DNA of 62,626 bases from a virus. Each line of letters opens with the position of its first letter. The stretch's first letter is position 1. A program made the position numbers and the translations under genes. The DNA lies in IMG/VR virus record IMGVR_UViG_3300045988_164134; one strand, given 5' to 3'. The notes below the pieces were generated by a model. It was given only the letters and a program-made list of their open reading frames with translations. It did not search any database and had not been told where the DNA came from. Shown piece by piece: positions 7,460 through 19,200 of the stretch.

Positions 7460-8812
7460 ATGAGAAGGACAAATAAACACCAAATAAACAGAGTGTCTTT
7501 TATCGGCATGACAGGCGGAGTGAATATATCACAGGCACCTGAACAAATAGCCGATACAGAGATGCAACAAGCACAAAATTTTATATATGCGATAGACAGC
7601 AAACGACTAAAAGGGCGTGGCGGACTAGGATTACTAAACACGACGGACGAAACAATTCGTGACATGTGGTATGACGTAGACACCAACGTCCTTTTATTAT
7701 TCACAACGACATTCAAGGTATATCGGTATGTTATGGGGCAGACACCCATATATATAGGTAAGCTAAACGGAAGTTATTCGCCAATGTGTGCAAAATTCAT
7801 GGATAAGATATGGATAGCAAGTGGTGGAAAATTGCAGTATTACGACTATACGCAGAATGCAGAACTACAAACGGTTGGTGATTCGCCGACCTGTTCCATG
7901 GTATTTCAGCGATTTTCACGCATAGCGGTATCACAAGACGGCACAAACGGTTTTTATTTGTCGTCTGTTGGTGATGGCACGGAATGGGCAGAGGATACCA
8001 ATAGGGCAGATAAGGAACAATGGTTAGATGTTGGATATGGTGACAGTGGTACAATTACGGCTATTGTTCCGCTTGCGACTGATATTATCTTTATCAAGTC
8101 AAATGGCAAGATATATCAGCTGAGCGGCGATGCAGACCCGAACGACTGGCAAGTAACAGAAATAGCCAATGGCACCGACCCTGCTGGAACGAATTGTGCT
8201 GTAAACATCGGTAATTCCGTCGTATTCTTGTCTATACGTGGCTTGAAGTCACTAGCAGCAGTTATGGAGTATGGCAATATTGCAACCGCTGATATAGGCG
8301 ATAAATTCAACGGTTTAATTACAGAGAACATGTATGAACCAAGATTTTATCACTTGCAACGGCATAGTTTATTGCTGATACGACCAACTAGCGATTATAG
8401 CTATTTTGTAGCGTATAACTATCAGCTAGGGAGTGCAACAACGCTTAAATTCAATATGGATATAGACGCTATATGTGAAACGAACGATGACATATTGGTA
8501 TCGAGTGAAAATAAGATATATCAGTGGGATGATAGATACACAGATGATGACGGCAAAAAGATAGAGTATGTGTTACAGCCCAAAGCGACCATGGGTATGG
8601 AACAGATGCTCATGAAGGCAATAGATACTAAATTTTCGTCAGACTATTCCGGCAAGGCAACTGTTCAAGAAGGTACCTTGAAAGTATCTGTACCAACTGA
8701 TACAAGAAACAAAATCAAGTGTAATCACTCAACGGACTATATGGATATAACAATTACATCCAATGATAGGTTTATCGTAGACCACATTATGGTAGAGGTG
8801 GCAGATTTATGA
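7460..8812 (+). CDS. Virion structural (tail) protein, 450 aa
   Basis: Sits in the tail module with beta-rich composition. The start is uncertain (no clear SD). Confidence 0.55.
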   Translation: MRRTNKHQINRVSFIGMTGGVNISQAPEQIADTEMQQAQNFIYAIDSKRLKGRGGLGLLNTTDETIRDMWYDVDTNVLLLFTTTFKVYRYVMGQTPIYIGKLNGSYSPMCAKFMDKIWIASGGKLQYYDYTQNAELQTVGDSPTCSMVFQRFSRIAVSQDGTNGFYLSSVGDGTEWAEDTNRADKEQWLDVGYGDSGTITAIVPLATDIIFIKSNGKIYQLSGDADPNDWQVTEIANGTDPAGTNCAVNIGNSVVFLSIRGLKSLAAVMEYGNIATADIGDKFNGLITENMYEPRFYHLQRHSLLLIRPTSDYSYFVAYNYQLGSATTLKFNMDIDAICETNDDILVSSENKIYQWDDRYTDDDGKKIEYVLQPKATMGMEQMLMKAIDTKFSSDYSGKATVQEGTLKVSVPTDTRNKIKCNHSTDYMDITITSNDRFIVDHIMVEVADL

Positions 8813-9267
8813 GAAAAGAATTGTTAGGATGGATACATGAATACGAAGAAAAGACGAAAGAGAAATTCTATGTATTACCCGAATTTACATTATGGTATAT
8901 CCCTGAGAGAGGATTTTGCCAATGGCGGGCAATGGATAAAGAAAAGACTATTCTTTGCTGGAACCTTTGCCATGATGCCAAGTTTTGGCGTGATGCGTTA
9001 GAGTGTGTGGCATTGCAGTGGGGATATGACCGTATTATGACAACCTGCATATTACCCATTAAGGCATATATACGTTATTGGGGATGGGAAATTATGCAGA
9101 CATTTAAAAAAGACGGAATGTACCGGTATATATGTAAAGATAAGCAAGACAGGGAAGTAGTTATCACACCGAAAAGCGTAAACGAAGACGGTACCGTAAA
9201 TTATTTTGTTACAAATGAATTACGGCGAAAATACAAGCCGTGGAAAAATTACGATGAAAGGGCGTGA
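8809..9267 (+). CDS. Hypothetical protein
   Basis: ATGA overlap with the upstream stop. No motif recognised. Confidence 0.55.
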   Translation: MRKELLGWIHEYEEKTKEKFYVLPEFTLWYIPERGFCQWRAMDKEKTILCWNLCHDAKFWRDALECVALQWGYDRIMTTCILPIKAYIRYWGWEIMQTFKKDGMYRYICKDKQDREVVITPKSVNEDGTVNYFVTNELRRKYKPWKNYDERA

Positions 9268-9271
9268 TTAA

Positions 9272-9418
9272 ATGGGTAAAAAGTTTGTAGACCATGGGAA
9301 ATACATAGAATTAATATTAACAGGAATTTGTTTACGTGATAAGTTATACGCCACATTAGAAAAAAATATAAACCAAATAGCCGCGATAGAAAAATCTATA
9401 AAAACGGGGGTGATTTGA
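9272..9418 (+). CDS. Small 48-aa ORF (not in ORF track)
   Basis: Fills the gap between 9267 and 9418. Its TGA overlaps the next ATG (TGATG). Weak SD. Confidence 0.35.
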   Translation: MGKKFVDHGKYIELILTGICLRDKLYATLEKNINQIAAIEKSIKTGVI

Positions 9419-10533
9419 TGTCAAAAAAAGGTGGTGGCAGCCACACAACAACTTACACACCAAGCCCAGAAGAGAGAGCGTTACAAAACGAAGAATTACA
9501 ATATATACGTCAAATCAAACCAAATGCGTTTAAATTAAATGATGTAGCAGGTAACCTGCTATATAATTCATTAGGCGATACGAAAGTAGACTATAATCAG
9601 CTAATGAATGATGCAATTAATCAAGTTAAATGGGGACAACAGGGAATACGCAACTTAGTTGCCGGCAACATTCCATCCAACTATCAAACGGCAATGGAAA
9701 ACAGCATTAAGAGCGGCGTACAAAACAGCATGGGTAATTTACTCAGTGATTTAGGAAACCGTGGTGTAGTCAATTCGAGTGTGATGGATACGGGACTGAA
9801 AGGTATTAGTGACAGTGCTTCAAATGCAATGGCACAGAATTGGAGTAATACCGTAAGCCAGTTACAGTCATTGTATGGCAGTGGCATCGATGCAGCTGGT
9901 CAAGGCACGGCAAATGCGGCAGCAGCACAGGAAGCAGCACAGCAGCCTGCACTTAATTTATGGAATGCGTCGCTAGGATTAAACGGTGCTACAACAGGAG
10001 CATTATCAGCTATTGGCGGTAAAGGCACAACGACAACATCTACAAGTGGCGGCGGTGGCTTGTTCGGTGGTATCCTTACCGGGCTGGCTAGTACCGCCTC
10101 TATTTTCTGTTTTGCGCCAGAAACAAAGGTACGACTGGCGGACGGATCCGACGTTCCGATTACCGACGTCAAAGTTGGGGATAAAGTGCTTTGTCCGCAT
10201 GAAGATGGCACGGAATCTGAAGAAACCGTCCTGCATACCCTGGAACCTCGCTATAGCGACGTATGGAACCTCGTATGCAAAGATGGTGTAGACGATCATT
10301 ATGTCATGGCTACCTTGACACAACCGCTTCTTACGGAGGATAACGGATTTGTCGAAATCAGTGATATGACACTGGGAACGAACCTCAAAGGCTGCGGTAA
10401 AATCGTTAATATGGTATACGCCGGCGAACGCAAGGTATACGACCTGCATGTTTCCAGGGACAATAATTACTATGCAGACGGCTTCATTGCTAAAGGTGGC
10501 AGTACCGACAATTGGGTAAAGGAGGGTAACTAA
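9418..10533 (+). CDS. Internal virion protein with C-terminal Hint (Hedgehog/intein-like) autoprocessing domain
   Basis: SD GGGGGTGA. A Gly/Thr-rich linker is followed by CFAPETKVRLADGSDVPITDVKVGDKV ... VYDLHVSRDNNYYADGFIAKG. There is no terminal HN and no C-extein. Confidence 0.8.
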   Translation: MSKKGGGSHTTTYTPSPEERALQNEELQYIRQIKPNAFKLNDVAGNLLYNSLGDTKVDYNQLMNDAINQVKWGQQGIRNLVAGNIPSNYQTAMENSIKSGVQNSMGNLLSDLGNRGVVNSSVMDTGLKGISDSASNAMAQNWSNTVSQLQSLYGSGIDAAGQGTANAAAAQEAAQQPALNLWNASLGLNGATTGALSAIGGKGTTTTSTSGGGGLFGGILTGLASTASIFCFAPETKVRLADGSDVPITDVKVGDKVLCPHEDGTESEETVLHTLEPRYSDVWNLVCKDGVDDHYVMATLTQPLLTEDNGFVEISDMTLGTNLKGCGKIVNMVYAGERKVYDLHVSRDNNYYADGFIAKGGSTDNWVKEGN

Positions 10534-13271
10534 TGGCAAAATCGAAATATAACTATATCGAAGACAATATCAGCCAGAACTATGCGCCCCGGCAGTATTC
10601 CGCCCCGTTTACCACGCAGACATTACCACAGCTGAACTTTGCACAGTACGCGTTCCAGGACCCGCGGTTTGCTCTTGGGATGCTCATCGGCAACGCCGTC
10701 GGCGCGAACATTCTGAACCGCAAGCAGAAGGAAGCCGACCAGATGCTTTTCAGACAGGATAACCCGGTATCCATGCCGGACAATGTGCCATTGTATGATA
10801 CCGGCTCGACCCCCACCTTGGCAGACGGCAAGACAGCCGCCGTCGGTAATGCGTATAGCGGTTTTGGTGCGAACCCCGCGCAGGTATCGGATAACTTCCT
10901 GGCGAACCTGCAAGGCGTGAACGGCCGCTTGAATTACAATACCGATACCGGCGCCATCAACTACCAGACGCCGACCTTCCTGCCGTCGATGTACGCAGAA
11001 AATAACCTTGGGAAATATTACCCAACGGCAACCGACGCAGACGGTAACATGATTGGCAATATCTCGTTCGCAGACTACCTCAATAACCAGAGTAAGGCGG
11101 GGCAGGGGCAGGGCCTCTTTGACTTCAATGCCTTGCAGAAAATGGCCGCTGATGACGTAGCAAAGGCCGCCGCGAAGAATCCGCAGGCGACCGTAGCGCA
11201 GAACATGGGCGTCCTGCCGACCGCTAACGTCGATGTACCGTCTAAATCCAATAGCTACATCCCGGCCATCACCGGCAGGTTAGGCAATCCGATTAACGGC
11301 AGTCTGAGCATGAGTGGCTTTAACTTGAACAGTAACGACCCGAATAGCAAATTCTATACATGGAATTTAAAAAGCGATGGTGACGTCGCCGACGCGTCGC
11401 CCGCTACAATCCCGTCGGCACAGACCACAGTACCCGGCATGATCGCGCCGGGTAACGTGGATACTCGTAACGGCCTTCCGAAAGTACGCGCCGTAGAAAT
11501 CGACGGCAAGCACTATATCCTGCCAGCCACAGGGGCAGACGGGAAGATACTCGACGAAGACCAGACGGCGTATAACTTCTATGAAACGGGGAATACGTTA
11601 GGCGTGTTTGATAATAAGAAGGACGCGAAGAAGTACGCCGACCAAATCAATAAGGATGCAGGCAGTAACCCGGTACCGGCCGTCCATGCCATGGAAGCAC
11701 AGCCCCTCGATGAACCGCCGATTAAGGATGTGCAACCTATCCAGCCCGTGGATAATCAGCCGATTAAGCCTGTCGATAATCAGCCTATCAAGGCAGAACC
11801 GGCGCCGATACAGCCCGTAGAAGGACCGATTCAGCCCGTGGATGCAACGACGCAGGCCGATGCACAACCGGCCACACAGGCCAATGCACAGGCGGACACA
11901 CAGGCCCCACAGGCTAGTGTTACTATCACACCGGGCCAGCAGGCGAACGCTACCCAGCCAACATCCACACAGACCACAAGCACCGATACCGGCATATTCC
12001 CAAACGACCCGCAGAAATTAATGGACCGGCTCTTCCCTGGCGAAACGCAGATTGACAATCCGCACTATAAGGAACTGCTTGACCAATACAACAAGGAAAC
12101 TGACCCGACGAAGAAACAGGCACTCATGGATAAGCTCAACAATACCCCGGCGTATATGCTCCGTAGCGATAATCCCTATTACATGGCCACTAAGACTTTG
12201 TATGATAATGAAAAGGACGCAAACAAGAAGAAGGAATGGCAGGCCGCATTGGATAACCTGCCACGGTATAATATCCGCCCGTTCGACCAGGTAGGGCAAA
12301 GCCTTGAAACGGATATGAATGGCGGCCACCCGAAACATATAAACGCACAAAAGAACGAGTCTGACTTTGTCCATTGGGCCATCCAGCACGACATGCCGAT
12401 TGATGTCGTGAACTCGACGCTTGAACGGTATAGACCTGTATGGCAAGCCGAAGAGAAGCAGTACAATGACTATCAGACCAGCGCATTGTATCCGTTGTAT
12501 TACCAGGCCGCCATGAATGGCCAGTATGATACCGCAGCCACGATTGCCCAGAGCATGTCCCAGTATAACCCGCAACTGTCGGCACAGATGCTGGCAACCC
12601 TGCCGAACGGCTTGAACTACTACGCAACGGCTGACGCGAAAGAACGGGCGGCCACGGCACAGCAGAATAAAGTATATAACATGGGCTTGCAAAATAAATA
12701 TACCCTTGGTCAAATCGTAACGCGCGGCAAGATTGCTGACAGTCAGTTGAAGGAACGGCTAAAACACGACACCTGGAAAACTAATGTAACTATCGCCGAA
12801 AAAGCCCGTGAAAATGACAATAATAACCGAACGAAGTTTATAACTAGTAAATACGGGCCTAACGGCTCCGGCAAAAGCAGCTCCGGCGGTGGTTCTGGAG
12901 ATATTAAACTTTCCGATGCTAAAAGCGTCATTGAATTGCATAATAAATGGGTAAGCGACCATAAAGGCGATGACGATTACCAAGAATCAAATAGCCCGTA
13001 TTACAATGCATATCAAGACGCTATTCAAGTCATTAATAATAAATTCGGTGAAGGGCTAAAAGAACCGGATTCAGAAGAAAACGCTTGGCATAATGCCACG
13101 GCCCTTCTTGAACAAAATGCGAAGATGGGCAATAAGTATAGCATGTTTGAAATGGAAGATATTATTAAACAAAAATGTGGGGATTGGGCTGACCAAATTA
13201 ACCAGATATTAGCAGACGGCGGAGGAGACATTTCCTTTGCTACCTATGGTTTGCACCCAGATTATGAATAG
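10533..13271 (+). CDS. Large internal/ejection-type virion protein (912 aa) with P/Q-rich repeat linker
   Basis: TAATG coupling to the upstream gene. Contains the motif GNVDTRNGLPKV..IDGKHYILPATGADGKILDEDQTAYNFYETGNTLGVF, as seen in phage tail/internal proteins, and PIQPVDNQPIKPVDNQPIK repeats. Confidence 0.6.
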   Translation: MAKSKYNYIEDNISQNYAPRQYSAPFTTQTLPQLNFAQYAFQDPRFALGMLIGNAVGANILNRKQKEADQMLFRQDNPVSMPDNVPLYDTGSTPTLADGKTAAVGNAYSGFGANPAQVSDNFLANLQGVNGRLNYNTDTGAINYQTPTFLPSMYAENNLGKYYPTATDADGNMIGNISFADYLNNQSKAGQGQGLFDFNALQKMAADDVAKAAAKNPQATVAQNMGVLPTANVDVPSKSNSYIPAITGRLGNPINGSLSMSGFNLNSNDPNSKFYTWNLKSDGDVADASPATIPSAQTTVPGMIAPGNVDTRNGLPKVRAVEIDGKHYILPATGADGKILDEDQTAYNFYETGNTLGVFDNKKDAKKYADQINKDAGSNPVPAVHAMEAQPLDEPPIKDVQPIQPVDNQPIKPVDNQPIKAEPAPIQPVEGPIQPVDATTQADAQPATQANAQADTQAPQASVTITPGQQANATQPTSTQTTSTDTGIFPNDPQKLMDRLFPGETQIDNPHYKELLDQYNKETDPTKKQALMDKLNNTPAYMLRSDNPYYMATKTLYDNEKDANKKKEWQAALDNLPRYNIRPFDQVGQSLETDMNGGHPKHINAQKNESDFVHWAIQHDMPIDVVNSTLERYRPVWQAEEKQYNDYQTSALYPLYYQAAMNGQYDTAATIAQSMSQYNPQLSAQMLATLPNGLNYYATADAKERAATAQQNKVYNMGLQNKYTLGQIVTRGKIADSQLKERLKHDTWKTNVTIAEKARENDNNNRTKFITSKYGPNGSGKSSSGGGSGDIKLSDAKSVIELHNKWVSDHKGDDDYQESNSPYYNAYQDAIQVINNKFGEGLKEPDSEENAWHNATALLEQNAKMGNKYSMFEMEDIIKQKCGDWADQINQILADGGGDISFATYGLHPDYE

Positions 13272-13280
13272 GAGGTAAAT

Positions 13281-16200
13281 ATGGCACTCAACTATCTCGA
13301 TAAAGCCGCTTGGGACGCTGGCGTATATAAAGATAAGGGTAATGATGACGACACGCAACAGGATACTTCTTCTGAGGATTCCGGATATTCGGCGTCTGGC
13401 ATATTGAGCGCCGCTAAAAATTTCCTCAAACACCCATTCCAGGGCATGGGTACTGTCATTGCACCTAATTACACCCCTCGCCCCCTCGACGACAGCGTGT
13501 ACTCGGATATTCCGGGTACACCCGTTGCCAGTGGGCAGTTCGGGGAACTGGAAGACGAAAGCGTCCGCGATGAACGCATGAAGGATTCTGCCGACTACAT
13601 GGCGGCTAACTGGCCGCGTCTGTACGGCGGATTCGTTGCGGCAGACGAAGGCCTGGCTAACGTCGTCGGTGGTATCCAGAACGCCGTTGGCGGCGGCAAT
13701 GGTATCTTGAATAACGTACAGCGCGCCGAAGAAGGGATGCAGGATTATCGCGAACAGTGGAACAACGAGTACGGCGACAGCTATTTCCTAAACCCGAATA
13801 AGTTTGCTACGGACGTTGGCTCCGGTATCGGCTCGACCGTGCCTATCATGGCACTGTCGGCCCTCATGCCGGGCGCCGCCGTCGCAGGTGGCACACGTGC
13901 CTTGACGTCGGCTTTATCCCGTGCAGGGTTAGGCCGTCTTGCTATGTCGAAAGCCGGGCAGGCCCTCATTGCAGATACTGTCCGTTCGATACCTACATCA
14001 AACTTAGCAGACTCCCTGTCTGAATACGGGACCGTCGTTAATGACATGATGCAGAACGGTATGAGTGAAGATGAAGCACGGCGCCGGGCTATCCCGATGT
14101 TCTTCAAGAACATGGCCCTCGATACCTTCACGGTACCTCTTGAATTAGGCGTCATGAAAGGCGGTAAGGGGATTGCGACCGGACTGTTAGGCCGTAGTGC
14201 CGGGGAAGGCATGGCAAAAAGTATCGCCAAAGGCGCGGCCCGTACCGGCATGTTGGCAGGGGCCAGCGGCCTTACGGAAGGCTACCAGGAAGGCGCCCAG
14301 AACGCCCTGGAAAATGACGTGGAAAGCAACCGCGACGGCGGGTGGTACAATCCCTTTACCTGGACTAAGGAAGATTGGGAAGCGGCCCGCGGCGGTTTTG
14401 TCGGCGGCGCTTTGATGGGCGTCCCTGGCAACGTGGCGGCCGGCTTCCATCCCGAAGCAAGACAAGCCCCACTTAGTGCGGAATCCCAGGAACAGGCACA
14501 GAGCATCAAGGATACACTCAGTCACGGCAAACCGAAGGGCATGAGCAACGCCGCGTATAATGCCTATATCGAATTAGCCAATAGCGGGAACCCCGACCTC
14601 ATCAAGCAGGCCGCGTCGTCGCTTGAATCGTTCCAGCAATCGCAAGAAGGCTCCCAGGAAAGCACGGATGACGCCGCCACAGAAGCTTATAAGGATTATG
14701 AAACCTATGACCAGAAGCAGGAAATCGAAAACTTCCTCAACAATAATACGGTTGAGCAAATCGGCGGCGAAAAGAATTTTAACTGGCTCATGGGGGTATT
14801 GCGTAACGGCACGCCGGAAGAAGTGCAGCATGCGTATGATACCGTTATTGCGGCTGAAAAGGCCACGGCCGAACAGGAAGCCAAGAACCGCCCGGCAAGT
14901 GGCGGCGGAAGCATGTCGCCGAATACCGGCAATGCCATGGTTAATATTGTTATCCAGGCGGCTAATGATTCCGGCGTAGAACCACGTCTAGGCCTGGCTA
15001 TTGCCGCCCGTGAAAGCGGCGGGGATGACGTCAATGCCATTTCCATGCCAGAACCTCATGACGGCATTTATGGTATCATGCAGGCCCAGGAGGAAACCGT
15101 TTCCAATATGGGCCTTGACTCCCAGTATCCAGACTGGAAGACGGACCCCTATCAGAACGCCATGGTAGGTATGGCAATCCTAAAGGCTAAAATAGATGGT
15201 GAAAACGGCGACGTATGGGCTGGCGTCCGCGATTACAACGGGGCCGGTGAAGAAGCGGAACAGTATCGCCAGTTGGTCAAGAACAACTATGATAACATGG
15301 GTGATGTTGGTGGCGGTGGTAGTGGCAATGTAGAAGCTCCCAGTGAAGCGTTCTATGATTTGAGCGAAGCCATGAACCCGCAGGTAGACGGCATGGATCC
15401 AAACACCATGGCGAAAATGAATCTCCTGGCCCGCGACTTCTATCAGAAGTACGGCCATCGCCTGTTAGTTACGTCCTTGAAACGTAACGGTGACGGCTCT
15501 TCCTATCATGACGAAGGACACGCCTTTGACTTCTCGGACGACTTTCTAGAACAGAACCCGGACGCCCGCGACTGGCTCGTCCAGCAAGGGGAAAAGTACG
15601 GCCTCAAAGGGCTGGACGAATTCTCTCATCCTGTCGCAACGACTGACGGAGGTAACGTCCACTTTACCGACCATGGCGGCCCGGTCCCTGGCGGTGCATC
15701 CGGCGGCGTATCGAGTAAAGTTGCCGGCGATAATGGGCCGTTTGAACGTGAATTAGACCAGGCCGCGCAGGAAGCCAAAAGCGACATGGACAAGATTCAA
15801 GCTCAAAGCGACCAGGCCATGAATGAAATCATGAACGACGACTCCGCCGAAAAGACGGCGCAGGACGCCCAGCAGGACGCAGAGAACGCCCAGAAGCAGG
15901 CTGATATCGGTAATAACCAGACCGAAACGACGCAGACGCAAGGTGATAATACCACGGATGTTAACCAGGTATTGGGTGCTTTGGGCATTACACAAGATGA
16001 CCTTGCCAGGGCGGCCGCGCAGAATATCATTGGTAAGTTAGACGATAACATCGACCCGAACGACCCTAAATCTATAGACAAGGCAATACGTCAGGCTATA
16101 TCTGCTATGACACCAGATGAGGTTAGGGGAATCGTAAATCAAGCTAAAGGCCAGCAAAAAGCGCCGTCCGCTACACCCGTACCCAAGGCCCAGCAACAGA

Positions 16201-19200
16201 CGCCACACGCCCGTTTAGGCCGTATTTTATCCACCTATGACCGCAAGGACCCGAAGTTCAAGGAATACATGAACACCTTCCGTAACGGCACGGAGCAGGA
16301 ACAGAAGAAGCTGGCCGACGATTTACAGACGACGCAGGAACTGGAACGGGCTAATTCCTTGAAGGGCAATCCGCTTACGACTCAGCAAGACCAGAACGCG
16401 CCTCAAAACGCCCCTCAGCAAGCCGTAGAATCTCCCAAACAGCCCGAACAGGTGAATGCACCTGTACAGGTGAAAGAAAGCCTTGAAACGCAAAAGAAGC
16501 GCAAAATCTACCTTGCGAAGAAACAGAAGCTCATGGAACGGGTCCCGGCTGGCAAAACGGTCAAGGTACATGCCAGTACGAATGACGCCGGATTCGATGC
16601 GACGTATAAGATTGTCCCGGCCGGTGATATTACTGCCAGCCACGACATGAATTACGCCGTGAACGACCTCTACCCGGCAGAATATCAGCCGCGCGACCGT
16701 AACCGTCCTCAGATGCGCGGACAGGTGGAAAAGATGACGAAGGGCATGAAGCCGGAACTGCTGGCAGAAAGCCAGTTCGTCAACGAAGGCGCACCCGTTG
16801 TCAACAACAGCGGCGTCGTCCTTAACGGCAACGGCCGTGTCATGGCTGTCCAGAAGGCCTATAAAGGACTTACGGACGCACACAAGAAGAGTGCCAAGGC
16901 CTATAAGGACTATCTCGTTTCCATCGCTCCGTCGTTAGGTATTGCCCCGGAAAAGGTACAGAGCATGGACCATCCTGTATTGGTACGGCAGGCGGCCGAC
17001 GACGCCGATACCAGCGCTATCATCAACAGCACCGAAGGCGGCGCGAAGTTGGGCGGCGCAGAACAGGCGAAGGCTGATGCGGATAGACTGAAACTGTCCA
17101 CATTAGAACGATTCGCCGATAACGGCACGGGCGAATTCATGAACCCCTCGAACCGTGAATTCAGAAGGGCCGCCGCAAGTGATGTATTCAGCGATGCAGA
17201 AGGCAACTCCGTATTCAATGATAAGGGCGATTTGTCGCCGACAGGGGCGTTTAGAATCCGCAACGCTATCTTTGCCAAGGCCTATAACGATAACTACCTC
17301 TTGACTCAGCTCAGCGAAGCGACGGATAATAACAGCAAGAACATTATGAACGCCATGATTGCTGCCGCGCCGGAAGTCGCCAAGGTCAACGAAGGTATCA
17401 AGAACGGCACCTTGTATCCCGATTATGATATTTCCGACGTCATCACGAAGACGGCCAAGACTATCATGTCGCTCCGTAATGAAGGCAAACCGCTGTCCTT
17501 CCACTTGCAGGAAACGGACCTGTTCTCGCAAGGGGAATCGGAGGCCGAACGACTCGTACTTGAATTCATCGAACGCAATAAATTCAAGAGCCGGACCATT
17601 GCCGATATGTACAAAGGGGCTTGCGACCGTATCTTTGCCGTCGGCAGTCCGAAACAATCCAAGCTGTTCGACAGTAAGGAAGCGCCGCGTATCAGCCTTG
17701 AAAACATCATCTCGAACGCCATCCAGGAGGTAGAACATGGACAATCGTTATTCGACACCACAGAAGAAAAGCCAGCCGAAAAAACTGTATCCGAAGTACC
17801 AGATAATCGACAGGCCGAACCCGCCGGGAGTGGACGCGTACATCAACAAGAAGCTGGCAGAGTACAGAGCCAAGAAAAAGAAGGGAATGAAGTAGATGAA
17901 AAGAGCAAGCAAAGTGACCATGTCGACGCCGAACCTCAGCAAACTGAAAGTAAAGACAAGGAAAGCACCCATGCCGAAGAAGGTTCCCAAGGTGACGTAC
18001 AAGAAGAAGTAAGTAAATTCCATAATGTACTGGATGACGAAAAATCAACGCCTAAACAGATTATAGACGCTTATAAAAGTGTCGTTGATAAAGTCATCGC
18101 AAATGCCAACGGAAGCCGTAAAAACGCCAAAATAGGTGATAAAATCGTAACCGACGAATACCAGTCTTTGACTAATTCCAAGCATTGGGGCGCATTCATG
18201 AACGAAGACGGCGGACGGAACTGGCACGAAGTCGCTACCATCAATGCCGACGCACATAAGACATTGCGTGCTATCATCAAGACTGCCGGGAAAGAAACAG
18301 CTCCTAAAGCGGAACAGTCGAAAGAAACGAAGCCGGCGGAACAGCCCAAAGAAAAAGCCGGATTCACTGACGATGAAATCAAGACTCTCACGGATAGAGG
18401 CTTCAATCGCTGGACGAAGAAACTGTCTAATGGCAAGGTGATGGACCGTCTCTATATTAAACCGGAATATTTAGGGCTTGAACTTACCCGGTACAAATCC
18501 GGCAACATTTCATCTGCAAAATTCAACGGTGAAACAATCAGCAACTCAGAAGCAAGGCGTATAGAAGGTACGAAATGCTATGTAGACGTTGCAACAAAAG
18601 AAGTCGTATGTGACAGGGATGACCTGAAACAGGCGGCACAAGAAGTCGTTGACGATGCGTTGTCAAAAGAAAAATCCCAAGTCTTCGCACAAACAGAAAC
18701 AAAAAAAGCCGCCCCAAAGGACGACGTTGTTGTTACTGGCGATGAATTTGGTGAATATAAAGACCTAAAAGAATTACGAGATAAAGCCAAAGCTTATTAC
18801 AAAAAACATTTACAAGGAACCTATGTACAGAATCCCATATTGGGAACTATTCAATTAGAAAGTAATCGCGTTGATTTTACTCGTTCTGGGATGGGCAAAA
18901 TGGTGGCCACCAGTGCCAAAGAACATAAATTGCTTTTAGTGGCACATTTAAAAGAATTGATTGAAAATGCCGATTCTGTCACAACCAATGGGAATGTAAA
19001 GAACAAAAGAAACGCTTCATCCTACTCTTATTTGCATTCAACAGCAATTATTGAAGGGAAGAAGCAAAATGTCATCATTACTATTTTTACTGATGTAAAC
19101 GGTAATAAGTATTACAATCATACCTTGCCAGATGAAGAAGGTACTAATAAAAAAGAAGCCCTATCAGTACCTCCGGCGCAAGCTACCAAAAATAGTAACG

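Noticed and set aside
10108-10530. A true (splicing) intein.
   Set aside because: There is no C-extein, no terminal His-Asn plus nucleophile, and no homing-endonuclease insert. It fits a cleavage-only Hint/BIL-type domain instead.
10533-13271. Tape-measure protein identity for the 912-aa ORF.
   Set aside because: No tail-tube, chaperone or frameshift genes precede it. It sits between a Hint-domain protein and an SLT-bearing giant protein, which fits internal/ejection proteins better. This remains unresolved without searches.
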